From Bacteroidota bacterium (lineage in GTDB: Bacteria; Bacteroidota; Ignavibacteria; Kapaibacteriales; NICIL-2): 64,000 nucleotides of DNA. The notes under the pieces were generated by a model that did no database searches, was not told the DNA's origin, and was given only the letters and a program-made list of their open reading frames with translations. Where the stretch lies: the NCBI GenBank assembly GCA_019695345.1, contig JAIBAE010000004.1, positions 39,765-103,764 of the forward strand, given 5' to 3'. Positions within the stretch are counted from its first letter, which is position 1. Each line of letters begins with the position of its first letter. Shown piece after piece: positions 40,801-47,435 of this stretch. A program made the position numbers and the translations under genes.

Positions 40801-42132
40801 GGATTAAATAATGTTGCCAATGGGCTTTACTCAGCTATTGGTGGGGGTAGTGATAATTATGTTACACAACAAGGTAGTTCCATTTCCGGTGGCAGTAGGA
40901 ATTATGTTAATCAAGACTTTTCAACAATTGGTGGTGGTATTGATGATACCATCAATACTGCTGCAATATATTCCACTATTGCTGGCGGACAAGCCAACAA
41001 GATAACTGCAAATCGTTCTGCTATTGGTGGTGGTTATGGAAATTATATCAGTGGGGCGAGTGGTACAATTGCCGGGGGCTATCTGGACACAGTTTCCGGT
41101 ACTTTTGCAGTTGTTGCTGGTGGTTATAAAAATAATGTTAGTGGAAGCTATTCAACTATTAGCAGTGGTTATGTTAATTATGTCAGCAGTCAATACTCTG
41201 CAATTTTAGGAGGTGCTAATAATGATGTTACTGCAAACTATTCTTCAGTTCTTGGTGGGCAAGCAAATACAGCAAATGGCCAATACAATTTGGTATTTGG
41301 AAATGCAGTTGTACCAACGGTAACAGAAAACTACCGTGTATATTTCTTCGAACCTACAAGCTACGGGTTCTTGGGAATTAACCGTGAAGATTTAGACTAC
41401 CCTATTCATGTTGGGACGAGTGCTTCCAATGGTAATGGCGCGTATCTGACGACTGGTGGAGTGTGGACAAACGGTTCATCACGAACATTCAAAGACCGTT
41501 ATACAAGTTTGGATAGTGCCGAAGTACTTAAGAAAGTTCGCAATCTTGATGTTCGTGGGTGGTGGTACAAAGGAACACAAGAGTATCATGTCGGACCTTT
41601 TGCCGAGGATTTTCGTGATGCCTTTGGAACAGGTGTTCTGGACAACACTGATAGTAGAAAATACTTAGCCGCCACAGACATTGCAGGTGTTGCGTTGTAC
41701 TCATCGCAACAACTTATCAAACAAAACGAACAACTCTTTTCTGAAAACGAGCGCATGAAATCCGAAAACGAATCTATTAAACTTCGTTTGGAACGTTTGG
41801 AAAGTATTATTTCTAACAAACCCGTTTCTACCGAAACTGTTACACCTGTTCAGCAAACAAAAACAAATGCTCCGCGAATTGTTAGCATTGCGCCGGACCC
41901 GGCAGGAAACTACGCAGTAGTAAAATTCGAGTTGCCAAAAGCTGCTAATGTTGAACTGTTTGTTTCGGCAGGTAATGGAACTCGTACGCTTGATATTATG
42001 AGTGGCGTGTTTATGCAAGCAGGTACCTACGATGTAGAAGTAAATCTTAACGATGTAGCAAACGGTTGGTATGTATGCGAACTTCGTGCATCGGCTGAAT
42101 CTGCACAACGGTTGTTCAGAGTAGTTAAATAA
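28813..42132 (+). CDS. Giant (about 4440 aa) secreted tail-fibre-like adhesin. It has a signal peptide, an N-terminal domain, eight 80/126-aa repeats, seven repeats of about 330 aa, a C-terminal intramolecular-chaperone (peptidase S74-like) domain and a T9SS CTD.
   Basis: The ORF is 28702..42132. The likely start is Met at 28813 (MSFSRFTLFLFLLCSSVVFAQ). DNA repeats of 240 bp (period example 32281 to 32521) encode ...AINITAGAIGVTDGSITTAKLA... Repeats of about 1 kb begin at approximately 34380, 35340, 36230, 37310, 38340, 39300 and 40380 (GDVTTLGTVTDNQLTRYHNTSGDTIQ...YFGNVDLWLGNT...). The C-terminal GNGAYLTTGGVWTNGSSRTFKDRY...HVGPFAEDFRDAFG...DIAGVALYSSQQLIKQNEQL matches the phage tail-fibre chaperone domain. 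The final 85 aa (IVSIAPDPAGNYAVVKFELPK...LFRVVK) match the T9SS CTD. Confidence 0.85.
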   Translation: MSFSRFTLFLFLLCSSVVFAQIPRTVNYQGVLLDAQNQPVTDSTYLVKFSLFTSSANGTELWSEDKLVTTSGGVFDVILGTRAPLSLSFDAPYWLEIQVENRAPFTPRIGLTSVPYALRADTTTVALEVSSNAKVVRSINAISGNVRLKAGSGVQITELGDTITISTTAVGSANPIIRSPQGTLVVSGKDTIDIDVADGGILTKHLADKSITTVKIAQNGATNGQVLKWNGTTWVAADDNGSSYSAGSGITINAGVVTNTGDTDPNDDITNTSTAGGDLTGTYPNPTVKAGAITTPKIADAAVTGAKLEDIITSGTFGNASTVPQITVDTKGRITGVQNVPISATNLTTAGGDLDGTYPNPTLAQKGATNGQVLKWNGTSWQPDNDNGQVYNAGRGISINGALILNTGDADSTNDVTITSTAGGDVSGVFNNLKVEKIQNVNVSSTTPTNGQLLQFNATTNSWEPVTINTGSSGVAGGDLAGTYPNPTIAQKGASNGQVLGWNGSAWIPVTPQTSGNAGGDLTGTYPNPTLAQKGATNNQVLKWNGTSWQPANDDGQTYTAGTGINITAGVVTNTGDTDASNDITNSTTAAGDLTGTYPAPTIAQKGATSGQVLKWNGTAWTPSTDNGDVYTAGDAINITAGAIGVTDGSITTAKLANNAVTTAKITDANVTTPKLADGSVTSTKLNQMSATSGQVLKWNGTSWQPANDDGQTYTAGTGINITSGVVTNTGDTDASNDITNSTTAAGDLTGTYPAPTIAQKGATNGQVLGWNGSAWIPVTPQTSGSAGGDLTGTYPNPTLAQKGATNGQVLKWNGTAWTPSTDNGDVYTAGDAINITAGAIGVTDGSITTAKLANNAVTTAKITDANVTTPKLADGSVTSAKLNQMSATSGQSLVWNGTAWTPTTVSASGTAGGDLSGTYPNPNVVKLQTRDVSSTAPTSGQVLKWNGTAWTPSTDNGDVYTAGDAINITAGAIGVTDGSITTAKLATNAVTTAKITDANVTTPKLADGSVTSAKLNQMSATSGQSLVWNGTAWTPTTVTTSGTAGGDLSGTYPNPNVVKLQTRDVSSTAPTSGQVLKWNGTAWTPSTDNGDVYTAGDAINITAGAIGVTDGSITTAKLATNAVTTVKINDANVTTPKLADGSVTSAKLNQMSATSGQVLKWNGTAWTPSTDNGDVYTAGDAINITAGAIGVTDGSITTAKLATNAVTTVKITDANVTTPKLADGSVTSAKLNQMSATSGQVLKWNGTAWIPSTDNGDVYTAGDAINITAGAIGVTDGSITTAKLANNAVTTAKITDANITTPKLADGSVTSTKLNQMSATTGQSLVWNGTAWTPTTVSASGTAGGDLSGTYPNPNVVKLQTRDVSSTAPTSGQVLKWNGTAWTPSTDNGDVYTAGDAINITAGAIGVTDGSITTAKLATNAVTTAKITDANVTTPKLADGSVTSAKLNQMSATNGQTLVWNGTAWTPTTVSASGTAGGDLSGTYPNPNVVKLQNRNVAATAPTNGQVLKWNNTTSVWEPGADNNTTYTAGAGISIAGNVISNSGDTDASNDITNTTTAGGDLSGTYPNPNVVKLQTRDVSSTAPTTGQALVWNGTAWAPSAVSVSGSAGGDLTGTYPNPSVAVNAITTAKILDGNVTTSKLSDGSVTSAKLNQMSATSGQSLVWNGTAWTPTTVTTSGTAGGDLSGTYPNPNVVKLQTRDVSSTAPTSGQSLVWNGTAWTPTTVSASGTAGGDLSGTYPNPNVVKLQNRNVASTSPTNGQVLKWNNTTSVWEPSADNNNTYTAGAGISIAGNVITNTGDTDASNDITNTTTAGGDLSGTYPNPNVVKLQTRDVSSTAPTTGQVLKWNGTAWTPSTDAGGSGDVTTLGTVIDNQLTRYHNTSGDTIQSSAIVIDDYTTTTQNNVAIKADDGATADITLVLAPKGNGALSADKPNGVAAGGNARGIAAVDFQMERSAATHVASGDYSTIGGGYANTASGNYSTVAGGYQNSATAFRSSVTGGYLNVAGNTNSVVAGGHTNNSSGAQSAILGGSDNVITSTANNSSIVGGSTNTLEGSYSTILGGVGLRFTGSYNFGFNGLTTTADSAYINSSRVGYFGNVDLWLGNTNGSASSLKFFEAQASDGTFPAAGTNYTAFKAGTQTTDVTYTLPTAAPASNGQVLSSTTAGTMSWVTPSTGTGDVTTLGTVTDNQLTRYHNTSGDTIQSSAIVIDDYTTTTQNNVAIKADDGATADISLVLAPKGNGALTADKPDGTTAGGNARGTNAVDFQMVRVAGNQVASGDNSFIGAGSRNKATGGNTAVVSGYQNTANQGAILTGQDNTVSGAASAIAGGYGNTVGSSGSWSAILAGYQNTVNAATSSIVGGNKLTLGGVGSLGFNGKDSAVVGAQYTAYFGNVDVWLGNTDTVARSLRFYEAQTSSGNFPAAGTNYTAFKAGTQATDVTYTLPTAAPTSNGQVLSSTTGGTMSWVTPSTGTGDVITLGTVTDNQLTRYHNATGDTVQGSAIVIDDYTTTTQNNVAIKADDGSTANISLVMAPKGTGALIASKPDGTATGGNARGANAVDLQTVRANAAYVASGNYSVIAGGAENRATALYSTVGGGYNHIASDTGATIAGGNQNWAQANYATVGGGSGNRATADYGTVAGGNSNDASGQYSFAGGGKSNNASGQYGVALGGLTNQADGVYSTVINGTDNIASGDISTILGGTKNITAGNYTIVGGHGLNFGSNADNSFGYHGYNVLSDSVYINTSNIAYFGNVDMWLGNTRNTASQLKFFEPQSTDGTFPAAGTNYTAFKAGTQTTDVTYTLPTAAPASNGQVLSSTTTGTMSWVTPSTGTGDVVTLGTVTDNQLTRYHNTSGDTIQSSAIVIDDYTTTTQNNVAIKADNGAALDISLVLVPKGNGALISSKPDGTATGGNARGMYAVDLQLNRAAASQVANGAYATVLGGRRNTANGQYSIVSGGDGNTIGAGGLVATVSGGSSNTATNTWSTIGGGNTNTATGVGTTIGGGQNNQASNSYSVVAGGLTDTASGDYSVVSGGTANVASGTSAVVSGGELNKATGNQTTILGGFGLRLGGTGSFGFNGFNTVADSAFVSNDRTAYFGNVDLWLGNTDNTTSELRFFEAQSTDGIFPAAGTNYTAFKAGTQTADVTYTLPTAYPTVSGQVLSSTTVGVMSWVTASSGLTHFTESVNTSAPNVTVPVVRLLATNAATNVDVALSPKGSGALTGNVADNTLSGGNKRGTYAVDWQLNRSAANQVASGNWSVLSGGAGNVSSGLYSTVGGGWFNQATNQHAVVGGGEGNSATAAASSVLGGSGNIASGQYSAAVSGWVNTASGGYSNITGGDHNTTSGSYSNINGGGYNTAGANYTVIGGGYLNIVAADYTSIAGGYALRMGGVGSFGFNGFNALTDSAYITANRTAYLGNVDLWLGNTDNTTSELRFYEAQSTDGTFPAAGTNYTAFKAGTQTADVTYTLPTAAPASNGQVLSSTTTGTMSWVTAGGGDVTGPASSVDNALARYDGTTGKIIQNSGLILDDYSTATQANVTLRADSGSVANISMVLSPKGTGALLANKPNGAVTGGNARGINAVDLQTSRTASTQVASGDYTVILGGSDNTATGTASSILGGYDNTASGSFSVISGGFSNSNTTISSYSVIGGGLHNSVSDGGSTVGGGVDNSALAQGSAIAGGGRNYTNQNYGSISGGFEDTINTSATYATISGGQRNKITASLGSIGGGKANTVSGDYSTIAGGYSLRQTGIGSFGFNGYNTIADSAYVSANRTAYFGNVDLWLGNTDNTTSELRFFEAQSTDGTFPAAGTNYTGFKAGTQTADITYTLPVAAPASNGQVLSSTTGGVMSWVTAGSGDVTGPSASVNNAIARFDGTTGKIIQNSGIVIDDTVTVSAKKIVTLRAEDNTTANITLSLLPKGTGALTASKPDGTAFGGNIRGDYAVDLQTSRGTGTQVASGNYSVISGGKFNTASGLNSTIAGGSSCVASGNYSFVSSGLNNVANGLYSAIGGGSDNYVTQQGSSISGGSRNYVNQDFSTIGGGIDDTINTAAIYSTIAGGQANKITANRSAIGGGYGNYISGASGTIAGGYLDTVSGTFAVVAGGYKNNVSGSYSTISSGYVNYVSSQYSAILGGANNDVTANYSSVLGGQANTANGQYNLVFGNAVVPTVTENYRVYFFEPTSYGFLGINREDLDYPIHVGTSASNGNGAYLTTGGVWTNGSSRTFKDRYTSLDSAEVLKKVRNLDVRGWWYKGTQEYHVGPFAEDFRDAFGTGVLDNTDSRKYLAATDIAGVALYSSQQLIKQNEQLFSENERMKSENESIKLRLERLESIISNKPVSTETVTPVQQTKTNAPRIVSIAPDPAGNYAVVKFELPKAANVELFVSAGNGTRTLDIMSGVFMQAGTYDVEVNLNDVANGWYVCELRASAESAQRLFRVVK

Positions 42133-42195
42133 TATGCTATCGCAAACCGCACCGAGGCGTTGTGCATACTACAACATTTTTCTGCGGGAAAGAAC
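42133..42195 (+). repeat. Intergenic A/B element, forward copy, immediately after the giant gene's stop codon.
   Basis: tatgctatcgcaaaccgcaccgag ... ttctgcgggaaagaacg. The first 21 nt are identical to the copy at 12526. Confidence 0.6.
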
Positions 42196-42370
42196 GTTCA
42201 TCGTATCCTTACGTTTATCGTTTTGTACGGTGTTCGTAACAAACATAAAGCCGGATACTTGATAAACAGTAGTATAAGTAAACATCGCGAAGCTGAAGGA
42301 TGTGTCCCTACCGGGTTGCGGCGCAGGATGGGTTGCTTCGGCAGTTGAGAGAAACAACAAATAAAAAAGA

Positions 42371-43309
42371 ATGATAACGAATGTATCACATACAACTCAC
42401 GTACTGACCGCCATACTGTGCGCTATGCTTAGCTTCTTCCCAATTGCAACATTGGCGCAGTCCCCGGCATCGCAACGCGGTGTTGTAAGTAGCGGCGGTC
42501 AGAGAGTGAGTACAAACAACGGACGAGAGATTCTGAACGGAAGTGTTGGACAGTTTGCTATTGGTAGAATTAGAGAAGCGAATACCAAAAATAATGTTGG
42601 TTTTTGGTACGGTGCTGTTTCGTTGTTTGCTAAACCTAACAGCGAGAGCATTATAGAGCTGCCAAACGTTACTGCGGATATTGGCGTTATGATTGATGTT
42701 CCGTTGATTTTAGTGCAGTCGAAAAATTTACAACGGGTTAAGGCAAAATCGTTTGAGGCAGTTATACGATATAACATCCATGTGCTGGAAAGCAAGCAAT
42801 GGAGCGGTGTTAGAAGCGGTGACTCGATGCGGATAACAGTTAAGGGAACTTTGCAAAGTAATGATACATTACTTTCGATACCGTTTTTAACCAAGTTAGG
42901 CAATGCCGAATACACACCCTTGATTATAGAAAAGTTTACGTGGTTGGAATCGCCAACTACAAACAATATAGTTCGCAACGGAAGAGTTGATTTTACCGGT
43001 ATCTGCCACGAAGGTGATACTACACGATTAGTATTTTCGGCTGCAACAACAGCATTGCTATCGGTGTTTCCAAACCCAGCAAACGAAGAAGCTACAGTAC
43101 GTTTTCAGGTAGGGGAGAAAGGGCAAACGGATATTGCATTGGTTGATATGAATGGGCGTGTAGTAATGGGTGTGTACAGTGGTAAAGTTGAGAGATTAGG
43201 AGAATACACCGAAACGATAAATGTATCCACCATTGCAAGCGGATTATACTACGCTGTGTTGCGTTCCAGAACACGAACACAGGTTCACCAAGTAATAGTC
43301 AGGAAATAA
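42371..43309 (+). CDS. Secreted protein with a T9SS C-terminal sorting domain.
   Basis: Signal peptide ...AMLSFFPIATLAQS. The C-terminus LLSVFPNPANEEATVRFQV...LYYAVLRSRTRTQVHQVIVRK is CTD-like. Its stop overlaps the next gene's start (TAATG). Confidence 0.7.
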   Translation: MITNVSHTTHVLTAILCAMLSFFPIATLAQSPASQRGVVSSGGQRVSTNNGREILNGSVGQFAIGRIREANTKNNVGFWYGAVSLFAKPNSESIIELPNVTADIGVMIDVPLILVQSKNLQRVKAKSFEAVIRYNIHVLESKQWSGVRSGDSMRITVKGTLQSNDTLLSIPFLTKLGNAEYTPLIIEKFTWLESPTTNNIVRNGRVDFTGICHEGDTTRLVFSAATTALLSVFPNPANEEATVRFQVGEKGQTDIALVDMNGRVVMGVYSGKVERLGEYTETINVSTIASGLYYAVLRSRTRTQVHQVIVRK

Positions 43310-45306
43310 TGCGATATATCGTAACATCCATAGTGTTTATACTTTGTTATACACTTGCATTGGCGCAGGATACGATTCCACGGTTGCTGTATCACGTGTC
43401 GGGAGGTTTGCGATATGGTCTGACGTCGTATTCAACTACTCTTCATTCATTACCGGGAGTTCCTTCGTGTTGTCCGGGTTATGAGAGTGGTAGCGGCTCG
43501 GGGCTTTCCTATCAGGCACAGTATTTACAACCGGTAGCAATGGAAGACGATGTTTGTGTAGGAGTTGATGCCGGAGTTGAAAACATGAGCGGCACGTTAA
43601 CAACAACTGAAACTGAAACACTTGATGACGACGGAGTAACAAAACAAGGCGTGTTTGAGCATAGCATACAAACATCGTTACCAATGTTACGCATAAGTGG
43701 TATGGCACGAGCGCGCGTTTGGAACGATGTACTTATTAACGCAGGAATTGGAATGGGAATTCCGTTAGCACCGACATACCATCAGCAAGAGTTAATAACC
43801 GACCCACAAACATTACTTTTTAGCAATGGTACAAAAATCCGTAACGAACGTTCGGGCAGCTTACCCGAAGCAACCAGCGTGCATACTATACTTAATGTAG
43901 GTGTTGGGTATGCACTACCTGTATCGGCAAATAAACATTGGCAGTTGATTCCGGAGTTGCGGTACACCAAAAGCATGAATGATGTGATTGCAGGTACATA
44001 TTGGTCGGCACAGAGTTTTAGCCTTGGTATTGCATTGCAGTTTAGCATGTACTCAACACCACCGCCACCACCGCCGCCAGTTATTAAGCCAGATACTCCA
44101 AATGTAATAGCATTTGTACCGCCACCGCCGCCACCTATAAAACCTAAAACCGAGTTGATAAAACCATTTGAACTCAAACTAACAAAAGGTGATGGGAAGA
44201 CTATAGATACCATTGTGGTTACAAATATTGTTGCAACTACAATGTTTTCTCTGATGCACTATGTATTTTTTGACAGTCTCTCAACGGAAATACCAAAACG
44301 TTATGAACTCTTAACCCCAGAACAAGTTAATAGTTTCTCAATATCAATGCTGGAAGGAAAAGGAACGTTTGGTGTGTATTATAACATGCTAAACATGATT
44401 GGATATAGGATGAGAAATACTAAATCAAAGATTACGTTGATTGGCTGTAACTCCAATACAGACACCGAAAAAAATAATCTTGAACTTTCAAAAGGTAGGG
44501 CTGAATCAGTTAAAAAGTATCTGACTGATGTGTGGGGTATTGCACCTGAACGAATACAAATTTCTGCGCGTAACCTACCGGAAACACCATCAAATCCTGT
44601 TTCGCAATATGGTATTGAAGAAAACCGTAGGGTAGAGATTCAATTCGAAGAACTATCGCTGTTTACTCCAACTGCCTTTCAGGATACAACAAGAACATTG
44701 AATAATCTTAACTTTGGCTTTACAGCCGGTGTTGAATGTGAAGCAGGTGTTGATACATGGGAGTTCTCAATTCTGCAAGGAAAGAAATCCATTGTTAGTG
44801 TAAATGGCAAAGATTCAATGCCCACATTGTTACAACAACAGTGGGATGAAAGAAAAATTGTTATTCCCGAAGCTGGAATACCAATAAATGGTAGATTAGT
44901 TATTAACGACAAAAATGGTAACCAAACTGTGTTTGAAACTAAACCTTTAGTTGTACAATCTCAGATAGAACAAAAGTTTATTCTAAAAAAATTCTCACTC
45001 ATTGTATTTAAGTTTAAAGAAAGTGCAGTTTCACCATTAAACTTACTAATATTAGATATGATACGCTCTCAGATTGAAAGTAACTCGATTGTTAATGTAA
45101 TCGGACACACAGATATATACGGGAATCCTGCATATAATCAAAAACTTTCCGAGCAGCGTGCTTTACAAATATCCAAACTTTTAAAACTTCCTAATTCTGC
45201 GGCAAGTGGAGTAGGAGGTTCCGACCCAATTCACGATAATACGTTGCCGGAAGGACGCTTCTACTCACGAACAGTTCAGATAAATATCGAGACTCCTAAA
45301 AAGTAA
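43309..45306 (+). CDS. OmpA-family outer-membrane protein with two OmpA-like peptidoglycan-binding domains and a poly-proline linker.
   Basis: OmpA-like segments NSNTDTEKNNLELSKGRAESVKKYLTD...EENRRVEIQ and IGHTDIYGNPAYNQKLSEQRALQISKLL. Poly-proline runs PPPPPPPVIKP and PPPPPPIKP. N-terminal signal peptide. Translationally coupled to the upstream gene. Confidence 0.75.
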   Translation: MRYIVTSIVFILCYTLALAQDTIPRLLYHVSGGLRYGLTSYSTTLHSLPGVPSCCPGYESGSGSGLSYQAQYLQPVAMEDDVCVGVDAGVENMSGTLTTTETETLDDDGVTKQGVFEHSIQTSLPMLRISGMARARVWNDVLINAGIGMGIPLAPTYHQQELITDPQTLLFSNGTKIRNERSGSLPEATSVHTILNVGVGYALPVSANKHWQLIPELRYTKSMNDVIAGTYWSAQSFSLGIALQFSMYSTPPPPPPPVIKPDTPNVIAFVPPPPPPIKPKTELIKPFELKLTKGDGKTIDTIVVTNIVATTMFSLMHYVFFDSLSTEIPKRYELLTPEQVNSFSISMLEGKGTFGVYYNMLNMIGYRMRNTKSKITLIGCNSNTDTEKNNLELSKGRAESVKKYLTDVWGIAPERIQISARNLPETPSNPVSQYGIEENRRVEIQFEELSLFTPTAFQDTTRTLNNLNFGFTAGVECEAGVDTWEFSILQGKKSIVSVNGKDSMPTLLQQQWDERKIVIPEAGIPINGRLVINDKNGNQTVFETKPLVVQSQIEQKFILKKFSLIVFKFKESAVSPLNLLILDMIRSQIESNSIVNVIGHTDIYGNPAYNQKLSEQRALQISKLLKLPNSAASGVGGSDPIHDNTLPEGRFYSRTVQINIETPKK

Positions 45307-45445
45307 TTTTTGCTAACGCAAGCCGTACCACATCTTGTGCTTTTAAAGGCCATACCACGCGGGACAGAATCTTAGCAAAGGAAACTTCCCGCACAATGTC
45401 GTGCTTTGTTATAGTGTCATTTGATGCGGTCTGGCGATAGCAAAA
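45305..45445. repeat. Head-to-head pair of A/B elements forming an imperfect palindrome of about 140 bp (MITE-like) between convergent genes.
   Basis: tttgctaacgcaagccgtacc ... cgcgggacag ... cttcccgcac ... gatgcggtctggcgatagcaaaaaaaa. Confidence 0.6.
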
Positions 45446-45450
45446 AAAAA

Positions 45451-47364
45451 CTATTGATTACTACGAAGTTTATTAAGTGCTTCCTGCGCGCGGGTGTTTT
45501 TAGCATCAACGCGTAAGGCACGGTTAAATAGAGTATCAGCTTCTGCTTTTCTGTTGTTACTCATAAACCACATACCAAGAGTGGTTATCTCGCCCGAGCA
45601 AGTTTCTGCAATAGTTTTTTCTAAATGTGGGTCGGTATATTTTTTAGCAGTAGCAGCGAACATATCCACTTGAATTTTTTGTACATCGCTGAAAGTAGGC
45701 GTGGAGTCGTTTGAGATGGCAAGCATTAAACCGAACGGTGTTTTTGTTTGAGTAGCGGCAAAGCCATCCTCTCCCTGAAACACTTCAGGCGAAGCAATGA
45801 TAGGATGTGTAGCAATGTTGTTATTTACTATGGAGTTTAACATAGCGATAAAACGTTGTTGAATAACGGGGTACTCACTTTGCGGTAGTTCGTTGCGCTC
45901 AAATTGATTGAGGTATTCCATGTAGGCATCAATTTCTTTTTTGCATGGCTTGATTACTTCCGGATACCAACGTTCAAGTTGCGGTAAGTACCACGTGCGG
46001 CGCAATAGTTCCTTATCAATTATTACAATGTCCGGACGGTAACCCTCAATTTGTTGTTTATACCAAAACGCGGAAACGTAATAATCCCATTGTTGTGAAA
46101 ATACTATTGAATTTTTGGGTAGAGATTCTGTCATGAGTTTTGTGTATTCGGGTACAAGTACGTTCTCTTTTTCGTTATTCTCTTTGTAATTAATACCAAT
46201 GGTTACTAATGGAATAAGAAAGACAGGATACAACGTACCGGGAACCAGTTGTGTTAATTCATACACACCAATACTCATCATTACGATAAAGGCAATGAAT
46301 GATAGCAGGAAGTATGAATCAATATCGTGAATGTTGTAGTTAATGGAGTAACCAACACAAAACACAACCAGCAATGTAAAGAACACTCCAAGCTGCATAG
46401 AGCGTGCATACAGTTTTACCAATCCCCATACAGTAAATACTAAACCAATAAACCCAAGCTGATACGGAACAAGCGATAAAAACTTCTCGAATTGTTTGCC
46501 ACGTGTACCTTTAACAAACATCCACACCTGATATTGTTTGCCAAGTACATGGTAGGTAAACTCATCCCAACCACGGTGTACTGCACCCCAGTTAAATAAT
46601 GGTTCCGATGAACTGCGGATAAGCATCGCAACATATATAGCGGCACACGATACAATTACACCAAACAGTATACTAAATTCTACTAAACGTGGTTTACTTA
46701 GCGATAATGTTTCATCTGTCCGCCAGAAGAACATTAACAGTATAGCTGGTAATACAAGAATAGTGGTTAAGTGATTGCCAAAGCTCAACCCAAGCATTAA
46801 AGCCGATAATAATAGCCATCGGTTATGCTTTTCCAAAATGCCACGTAAAAACGTGTACAGCACAAGAGTAATCATAAGCAAGTGTAGCGAATACACTTCT
46901 ATGCTTGTAGCTTGCGCCCACACTGTGCGAGCACCCATGTAGGTTAAGGCACTAATAGAAGAGATAATGGAAACATTTAACGATGGTGCATCAGTTGTTA
47001 GTACGGGCATCTGTGGCACAGACTTTTGTTTACCTTGTTGCTTAACTAGTGGTTTCTGTGTTTTGTAAAATTGTAACACTACCGAGCTAATCAAATACAC
47101 CACACTTACCGATAGTGCCGTACAAAAGGCAGCAAACAAATTCATCTTATATATAACACTAAAAGGTAAGGGCAGTAAACTCCACAAGTGACCTACCATA
47201 ATAAACAGTGGATACCCTGTTGGATGCGCAACTCCGTACGATGAACATGCACCGGCAAGTTCACCTGCATCGGTAAAAGTGACATCGGGTGCAAGTGTTG
47301 TAACGTATAAAACAAATGCAACGCAAAACAGTACAACGGGTAATATCAATCCACGGTTTTTCAT
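45451..47364 (-). CDS. Polytopic membrane protein, DUF2723 or PMT/ArnT-like glycosyltransferase-fold, with a C-terminal TPR.
   Basis: The ORF extends to 47406. The likely start is MKNRGLILPVVLFCVAFVLYVTTLAPDVTFTDAGE. There are many transmembrane helices. The C-terminus EADTLFNRALRVDAKNTRAQEALNKL is TPR-like. Confidence 0.55.
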   Translation of the reverse strand: MKNRGLILPVVLFCVAFVLYVTTLAPDVTFTDAGELAGACSSYGVAHPTGYPLFIMVGHLWSLLPLPFSVIYKMNLFAAFCTALSVSVVYLISSVVLQFYKTQKPLVKQQGKQKSVPQMPVLTTDAPSLNVSIISSISALTYMGARTVWAQATSIEVYSLHLLMITLVLYTFLRGILEKHNRWLLLSALMLGLSFGNHLTTILVLPAILLMFFWRTDETLSLSKPRLVEFSILFGVIVSCAAIYVAMLIRSSSEPLFNWGAVHRGWDEFTYHVLGKQYQVWMFVKGTRGKQFEKFLSLVPYQLGFIGLVFTVWGLVKLYARSMQLGVFFTLLVVFCVGYSINYNIHDIDSYFLLSFIAFIVMMSIGVYELTQLVPGTLYPVFLIPLVTIGINYKENNEKENVLVPEYTKLMTESLPKNSIVFSQQWDYYVSAFWYKQQIEGYRPDIVIIDKELLRRTWYLPQLERWYPEVIKPCKKEIDAYMEYLNQFERNELPQSEYPVIQQRFIAMLNSIVNNNIATHPIIASPEVFQGEDGFAATQTKTPFGLMLAISNDSTPTFSDVQKIQVDMFAATAKKYTDPHLEKTIAETCSGEITTLGMWFMSNNRKAEADTLFNRALRVDAKNTRAQEALNKLRSNQ

Positions 47365-47435
47365 ATTATCACAAAGTAGTAGGGTAAAACAAAAAAGGGA
47401 TGACAAGTGCCATCCCTTATTCTACAGGAAGACTT

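Noticed and set aside
28893-42108. Minus-strand ORFs inside the giant plus-strand gene (for example 32760..33116 and 33159..33719).
   Set aside because: They are antisense to a clearly coding, domain-containing frame and were created by the low-complexity repeats.
44040-44140. Poly-proline-coding (CCR)n runs, a possible slipped-strand phase-variation tract.
   Set aside because: The codons are mixed (cca, ccg, cct) and not a pure homopolymeric or dinucleotide tract. It is more likely a structural Pro-rich linker, as in OmpA/TonB-like proteins.
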